58,515 nt of DNA from Actinomycetota bacterium (GTDB taxonomy: Bacteria > Actinomycetota > UBA4738 > HRBIN12): positions 1 through 58,515 of the forward strand of contig DASSSA010000054.1 of assembly GCA_035701505.1 (NCBI GenBank), written 5' to 3'. Below the pieces are notes generated by a model. The model ran no database searches, had not been told where the DNA came from, and saw nothing but the letters and a program-made list of their open reading frames with translations. Position 1 is the stretch's first letter. Each line of letters opens with the position of its first letter. A program made the position numbers and the translations under genes. Below are positions 56,501 to 58,515 of this stretch, in pieces.

Positions 56501-56941
56501 CAGAAGCTCAAGGACCGGGTCCCGCCGTACCGGTTGCTTGTATCGGCCATGGCCGCACTCGGGGTCGGCGTCATCCTGTTCGGCGGGGTCCAGACGATCG
56601 CCGGTTACTCGGCGATCACGTTCGTCGGCGCGCTGGGGTTCTTCCTGGGCAAGATCTCGGCGGACACGATCATGCAGCAGGCGCTCTCCGACGACTTCCG
56701 CGGCCGCGGGTTCAGCCTGTTCGACATCGCCTACAACTTGGGGTGGATCGTTCCGGCCTTGGTGTTGTCGCTCGTGTGGAACGATGATCGGGTCCGGCTC
56801 ATCCTCATCGGATCGGGCATCGCCTTCCTGCTCGTGACGGCGGCCGTCTACCGGTGGGCGAGGAGCATCAAGGATCAGCTGGCCAACCAGGACGATATCG
56901 CCGATGCCCGAGCCGCAACGGCCGACGAGGGGGCCCGGTGA
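53567..56941 (+). CDS. 1124-aa fusion: polytopic membrane module with large soluble loop + complete MFS transporter
   Basis: Single uninterrupted ORF. Residues 1-400 contain about 10 hydrophobic segments, followed by an approximately 190-aa soluble region and 3 further TM segments. From about residue 655 it is an MFS (FSNRSFSALMGTQFVAQAADGIVQ...FIDRYDRK...). Confidence 0.75.
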   Translation: MAVTREAPAQDLVPAPEPGSRLLRRPAVLVLAILALLLAFGWTFLRDPSISAPTRDPAWYTWRSNLIMHDEPGLIAGPWGPISMFSGGYRVVVPLYGSVLQRVAGIDLYTFSAFMMIGIPILTGLALGAFSYRRHRDPLLFLLVMVATAALFMTTPYVGYLDNITVLYLLSLTLAFYEPGQTSWGARSALFLFGMGAAFTHPTTCYIFGGTLLAVFALHFVTSRFSLSSALRRDGPSLLSVGSGMILGLGSWLAGPWGVKGSLADAALPPPYTMEVFLHRLSGWVGSLQPLITFPLILLAIGWVIYRARKDRRAADTFGTVSGLWLLPLLGVFGFLVGKTYPYYRFMNATAALMPLLGLGLWVAVRWLLSRGGTRMVAVLGVFLLVGAMAFVWVRGRDASQWAKPSNQWIDQPTRTALTAADAVAAREPGRPIVFILNFGDTYQAYGWAKTFTNVSRTGLPGDAVKRSMSYFGSVHDFLANRPTELSDPTYNEMSRDFFTEVQALERTYPQPPVVFLIRQFNGNTENAALLDQEPPPGYLARIGDDIAVVTGRSLATPSQETLDAGRAAEAATAALYSDHPGIFGNLGHTLSVLGALGLLLVVPGLIAARWFELDDVWLKVALVPGISIGLTVIAAIAWVSIRRAPFTTADGWVSLGLATAVAVGLRVGKPRLDRLFAGVSRFFAELFAVFSNRSFSALMGTQFVAQAADGIVQASLAKSIAFGGEKGFDVASAPSARYLLVVVLALYVPYTVVSPFVGAFIDRYDRKLLLIRSNLFRATAVALAALALAAAGDALPDAILILAILVALACTRILLAIKSAGIPAVVRGRDLLQANGLSQAGGAIFQVVGGGVALVGTALAPSWIVALLGAALYLVAAIVARSVERLEYERRTSRFAEEVRRVFRDIATGLHEVFGRPAAALGLAGFQALRMEFFGFVALVFALQARHLLSGSDSDKTVLAIAGACGAIGAAIGMVLAQKLKDRVPPYRLLVSAMAALGVGVILFGGVQTIAGYSAITFVGALGFFLGKISADTIMQQALSDDFRGRGFSLFDIAYNLGWIVPALVLSLVWNDDRVRLILIGSGIAFLLVTAAVYRWARSIKDQLANQDDIADARAATADEGAR

Positions 56942-57483
56942 CGCCGCTTCCCACGCCGGACCCGATCGGCGACCCGTCGGGATACCAGCGCCATCTGTTG
57001 TCGCTGCTTGGCCACGACGACCCGACTGAGGTGCAGGGCGCGACGCCCGCCGCATGGCGATCGATCGTCGAGCGTTCCGGCGACCTCCTGGCCGTCCGGC
57101 CCGAGCCCGGCGAGTGGTCGGTGCTCGAGTGCCTGGCGCATACCACCGACGCGGAGATCGTCTCGGCGGGCCGGTACCGGTGGATCGTGGCCCACGACGA
57201 GCCCCCCCTGATCGGTTACGACCAGGACCTGTGGGTCGACCGGCTGCACCAAGACCCGGAGGATCCCGACGAGTTGCTGCGGCTCTTCGAGACGCTCCGA
57301 CGAGCCAACCTTCAGCTCTGGGCCCGGGCGACGCCCGCGGAGAAGGCCCGCGTCGGCCTGCACGAGGAGCGCGGTCCCGAGAGCCTGGACCTGTCGTTCC
57401 GCCTGGTCGCCGGGCACGACCGGTTCCATCTGGACCAGGCCCGGCGAGGACTCGCCGCGATCGAAGGTCGATCAGATCGGTGA
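56938..57483 (+). CDS. DinB-family (DinB_2) protein
   Basis: GTG 56938 overlaps the fusion-gene TGA (GTGA). WSVLECLAHTTDAE and GHDRFHLDQ form a His-triad-like pattern. Confidence 0.7.
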   Translation: MTPLPTPDPIGDPSGYQRHLLSLLGHDDPTEVQGATPAAWRSIVERSGDLLAVRPEPGEWSVLECLAHTTDAEIVSAGRYRWIVAHDEPPLIGYDQDLWVDRLHQDPEDPDELLRLFETLRRANLQLWARATPAEKARVGLHEERGPESLDLSFRLVAGHDRFHLDQARRGLAAIEGRSDR

Positions 57484-57765
57484 GGATCGGGAGATCCGGT
57501 CCTCGAACTCCGGGAAGTAGCTCGAGATCATGGCGACGTCGAACGAGGGAAGGATCAACTCCTTCGATTCGCGTTCCAGGAGGAACTGGAAACAGGCCCG
57601 GACGAACTCGTCGAGCTCCCGGAAGTTCCGGCCGAGGCGTTCGAAATCGGCGAGCGACACGGTCACCTCGTGGACGCTGGTGGATCCGTCCTCGTCCCGA
57701 ACGGTGACGCCGAATCGCGGCACGAAGTTCTCGCCGCTCGCACGCCGGACCTCGATGTCGGCCAC
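57472..57765 (-). CDS. conserved actinobacterial hypothetical protein (97 aa)
   Basis: GTG 57765 with GGGGGGA upstream. HEVTVSLADFERLGRNFRELDEFVRACFQFLLERESKELILPSFDVAMISSYFPEFE resembles a small family I recall from mycobacteria. Confidence 0.45.
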   Translation of the reverse strand: MADIEVRRASGENFVPRFGVTVRDEDGSTSVHEVTVSLADFERLGRNFRELDEFVRACFQFLLERESKELILPSFDVAMISSYFPEFEDRISRSSPI

Positions 57766-57825
57766 GCTGTCCCCCCCGCGGGTATCGTACGCGAGCTCTC
57801 GAACGGAGGTCCTCCCCTGCCCGAG

Positions 57826-58515
57826 GTGATCACCGAACACGTCACCCTTCACTGCGAAGTGGATGGCGAAGGTGAGCCGGTCACCGTCGTGGCGCATGGC
57901 CTGACGAACAACTGCCGGGAGCTTGCGGCGCTCACGCCCATGGTGCCGGGCACGAAGGTGCGCTTCGACTTCCGCGGCCACGGCAGATCGAGCGCCCCGC
58001 AGACCGGGTACAGGTTCGAGGATCTCGCGGGCGACCTCGACGCCGTTGCCGCGGCCTACGGGGCGACGCGGGCCGTCGGGACATCGCTCGGCGCCGGCGC
58101 CATCGCCAACCTGGTGACCCGGGATCCCCACCGGTTCGAGCGGATGGTGTGGCTCCTGCCGGCCGCGCTGGACCTTCCCTTCGGGTTCAAGGACCGGTTC
58201 CTGGAGCTCGCCGCGAGCCTCGACGGCAAGACCTCGGAGGAGGCGCTGGACGCGATCGTGTCCGACCCCGAGCGCGTGGCCCAATACGTACAGACCCCGT
58301 GGAAGCTGGAGATCGACAAGGTCATGTGGGAGCACGAGCACCCCGATGGCCTGGCCCGGGCGATCCGGGAGGTCATCGAGGACTGGCCGGTTCCCGACCG
58401 GGAGCTCCTGCGGAAGGTGACGGCGCCAACGCTGCTGATCTGCATCGAGGGCGACGAGATCCATCCGGCAGAGCTCGGCCGCATCCTGCACGACCTCCTG
58501 CCGAGCTCGGAGTTG
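57826..58515 (+). CDS. alpha/beta-fold hydrolase (3' end beyond right edge)
   Basis: Own translation: ...VTVVAHGLTNNCRELAALTPMVPGTKVRFDFRGHGRSSAPQ...AVGTSLGAGAIANL (GxSxG)...PTLLICIEGDEIHP. It is absent from the track because no stop lies in the window. The start is uncertain (GTG 57826 or 57859). Confidence 0.7.
   Translation, partial: MITEHVTLHCEVDGEGEPVTVVAHGLTNNCRELAALTPMVPGTKVRFDFRGHGRSSAPQTGYRFEDLAGDLDAVAAAYGATRAVGTSLGAGAIANLVTRDPHRFERMVWLLPAALDLPFGFKDRFLELAASLDGKTSEEALDAIVSDPERVAQYVQTPWKLEIDKVMWEHEHPDGLARAIREVIEDWPVPDRELLRKVTAPTLLICIEGDEIHPAELGRILHDLLPSSEL

Noticed and set aside
57766-58491. Upstream part of the 339-aa minus ORF 57472-58491
   Set aside because: It is antisense to a clean alpha/beta-hydrolase reading frame (GTSLGAG nucleophile elbow). 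Only the last 97 codons resemble a conserved small protein.

Overview
This is a high-GC chromosomal segment. Hand counts on single 60-nt lines mostly give 40-44 G+C out of 60. Gene content looks Actinomycetota-like: an F420/LLM-type oxidoreductase, a short mycobacterial-type MutY, a SigJ-like ECF sigma remnant, a DUF5317-like membrane protein and several leaderless-looking starts. I call about 57 protein-coding genes, 2 decayed gene fragments, 3 hairpin terminator candidates, 1 promoter/operator candidate and 1 palindromic site. I see no rRNA, tRNA, CRISPR array, transposase or integrase.

Layout from left to right:
- Partial response regulator, then two tandem paralogous HisKA_3 histidine kinases. 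The first kinase sits in a low-GC patch.
- NERD nuclease-SF1 helicase.
- Housekeeping-type enzymes.
- BchI/BchD-like AAA+/VWA pair.
- Tat-exported serine hydrolase plus a D-aminoacylase-family amidohydrolase.
- One long minus-strand block (19129-31832): a gamma-glutamylation-type amine catabolic cluster (APC permease, GS-like ligase, two class-I amidotransferase-type hydrolases, C45 peptidase, creatininase-family amidase), followed by a peptide-type ABC importer.
- SDRs, greA, fpg/nei, Rieske-zwf-trpB2, gcdH-like, mutY, and an ArsR-SRPBCC-VOC operon.
- At 48.3-57.5 kb, a divergently organised envelope locus, which I rate the best candidate for an undescribed system. On one arm, a catalytically degenerate alkaline-phosphatase-superfamily paralog is translationally coupled to a DUF318 permease/TIGR03943 pair. 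On the other arm sit an intact lipoprotein paralog, a 1124-aa fusion of a multi-TM module to an MFS transporter, and a DinB-family protein.

All functional calls rest on motifs I read in the translated ORFs. No database search was run. Many long ORFs in the six-frame track are GC-driven shadow ORFs and were rejected.
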